Shown here: one piece after another, positions 35,180 to 35,693 of the stretch
Layout of the letters: each line of letters starts with the position of its first letter
Numbering within the stretch: position 1 is the first letter of the stretch
From: Pseudobacteriovorax sp.
GTDB taxonomy: Bacteria > Bdellovibrionota_B > Oligoflexia > Oligoflexales > Oligoflexaceae
Length of the DNA stretch: 35,693 bases
NCBI GenBank assembly: GCA_050293845.1
Contig: JBNKNM010000038.1
Coordinates: 1 to 35,693 of the forward strand
Reading direction: 5' to 3'
Made by a program: the position numbers and the translations under genes
Notes under the pieces: generated by a model
What the model was told of the DNA's origin: nothing
Databases searched by the model: none
Seen by the model: only the letters and a program-made list of their open reading frames with translations

Positions 35180-35622
35180 AAATTTTGTGCCTCAAGCTCT
35201 GCTAGTGCCGCAATATCTTCACGGCCCTTTTCACAGTCCCACGGGCAGTTCAGCCACTCATGGATGATTTCAATCATGCGTTCAGAACTCATCAGTCGGT
35301 TCGATAAACAGATCACATTGGCATGATTCCAGGTGCGCGCTCCACGGGCTGTTTCAGGGTCAGTGCAGAGGGCTGCGCGAATCCCCGGAAATTTATTGGC
35401 AGCTAGGGAAGCGCCAGTTCCCGTCCAACAGAAGAAAATGCCTTCTTGGCAATTATGGTTCATGATAGCGCGACAGGCTGCACTACAGGCTGCCACCCAA
35501 CTATGGGATTTTTGGTCTTGAAAACTGCCAAATCCTTGCCAGCTGATACCGTTACTCTCGAGATAAGAAAGTAAGTCATTATGTATGATATAGGGTTCAT
35601 CGCTGCATAAAGCTATCTTCAT
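35167..35622 (-). CDS. rpiB: RpiB/LacA/LacB-family sugar-phosphate isomerase
   Basis: MKIALCSD, GIFFCWTGTGASLAANKFPGIRAALC and ARTWNHANVICLS motifs; ATG 35622 lies 7 nt after GGAG. Confidence 0.88.
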   Translation of the reverse strand: MKIALCSDEPYIIHNDLLSYLESNGISWQGFGSFQDQKSHSWVAACSAACRAIMNHNCQEGIFFCWTGTGASLAANKFPGIRAALCTDPETARGARTWNHANVICLSNRLMSSERMIEIIHEWLNCPWDCEKGREDIAALAELEAQNFQKL

Positions 35623-35625
35623 CAA

Positions 35626-35674
35626 ACTTCTCCAGGAAACCCGGTCTCTTTAGGGCCGGGAGGAATGGAGAAGT
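35626..35674 (+). repeat. Nested hairpin resembling an IS200/IS605-family left end or REP-like palindrome
   Basis: Outer perfect 9-bp inverted repeat ACTTCTCCA/TGGAGAAGT, internal GGAAA/AGGAA loop, inner stem CCCGGTCT-CTTTA-GGGCCGGG. Confidence 0.55.
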
Positions 35675-35693
35675 CCTGCGGCGAGCATCGAAT

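Noticed and set aside
3161..35521. Many short antisense or alternate-frame ORFs (e.g. 3161..3373, 14467..14805, 17170..17502, 23823..24119, 29964..30203)
   Set aside because: They lie within well-supported genes and show no motifs; treated as shadow ORFs.
1..35693. CRISPR arrays, rRNA, prophage or known defence systems
   Set aside because: No spaced direct repeats, rRNA signatures or phage genes recognised; the cyclase has a 6TM anchor and no adjacent Pycsar-type effector.

Overview
Bacterial chromosomal window; the protein styles suggest Bdellovibrionota/Oligoflexia, but that is inference only. The core is a ~15.9 kb, 18-gene, translationally coupled minus-strand aryl polyene (APE)-type type II PKS operon (5335-21201). 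It carries a flavin-dependent halogenase-like gene, an MIO ammonia-lyase and a fused ApeG-ApeD gene, and has no ApeB-type methyltransferase, chorismatase or DarAB. Left of it are outer-membrane proteins, a tRNA-Lys/tRNA-Glu pair, a methyltransferase and a cupin. Right of it are menB, hpf, a racemase, an AT-rich three-gene module, a probably frameshifted S41 peptidase, clpB, FKBP, a TetR-like gene, an aldo/keto reductase, a cNMP-binding protein and rpiB. The AT-rich module pairs a GNAT/LuxI-like gene and an ICMT-family methyltransferase behind a sigma54-like promoter with a divergent 6TM class III cyclase that has altered catalytic residues; it is my best candidate for an undescribed signalling system. 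Both window edges carry IS200/IS605-type subterminal hairpins: one supplies the stop codon of the adjacent gene, the other pairs with the rpiB Shine-Dalgarno (SD). All family calls come from motif recognition by eye, not database searches.
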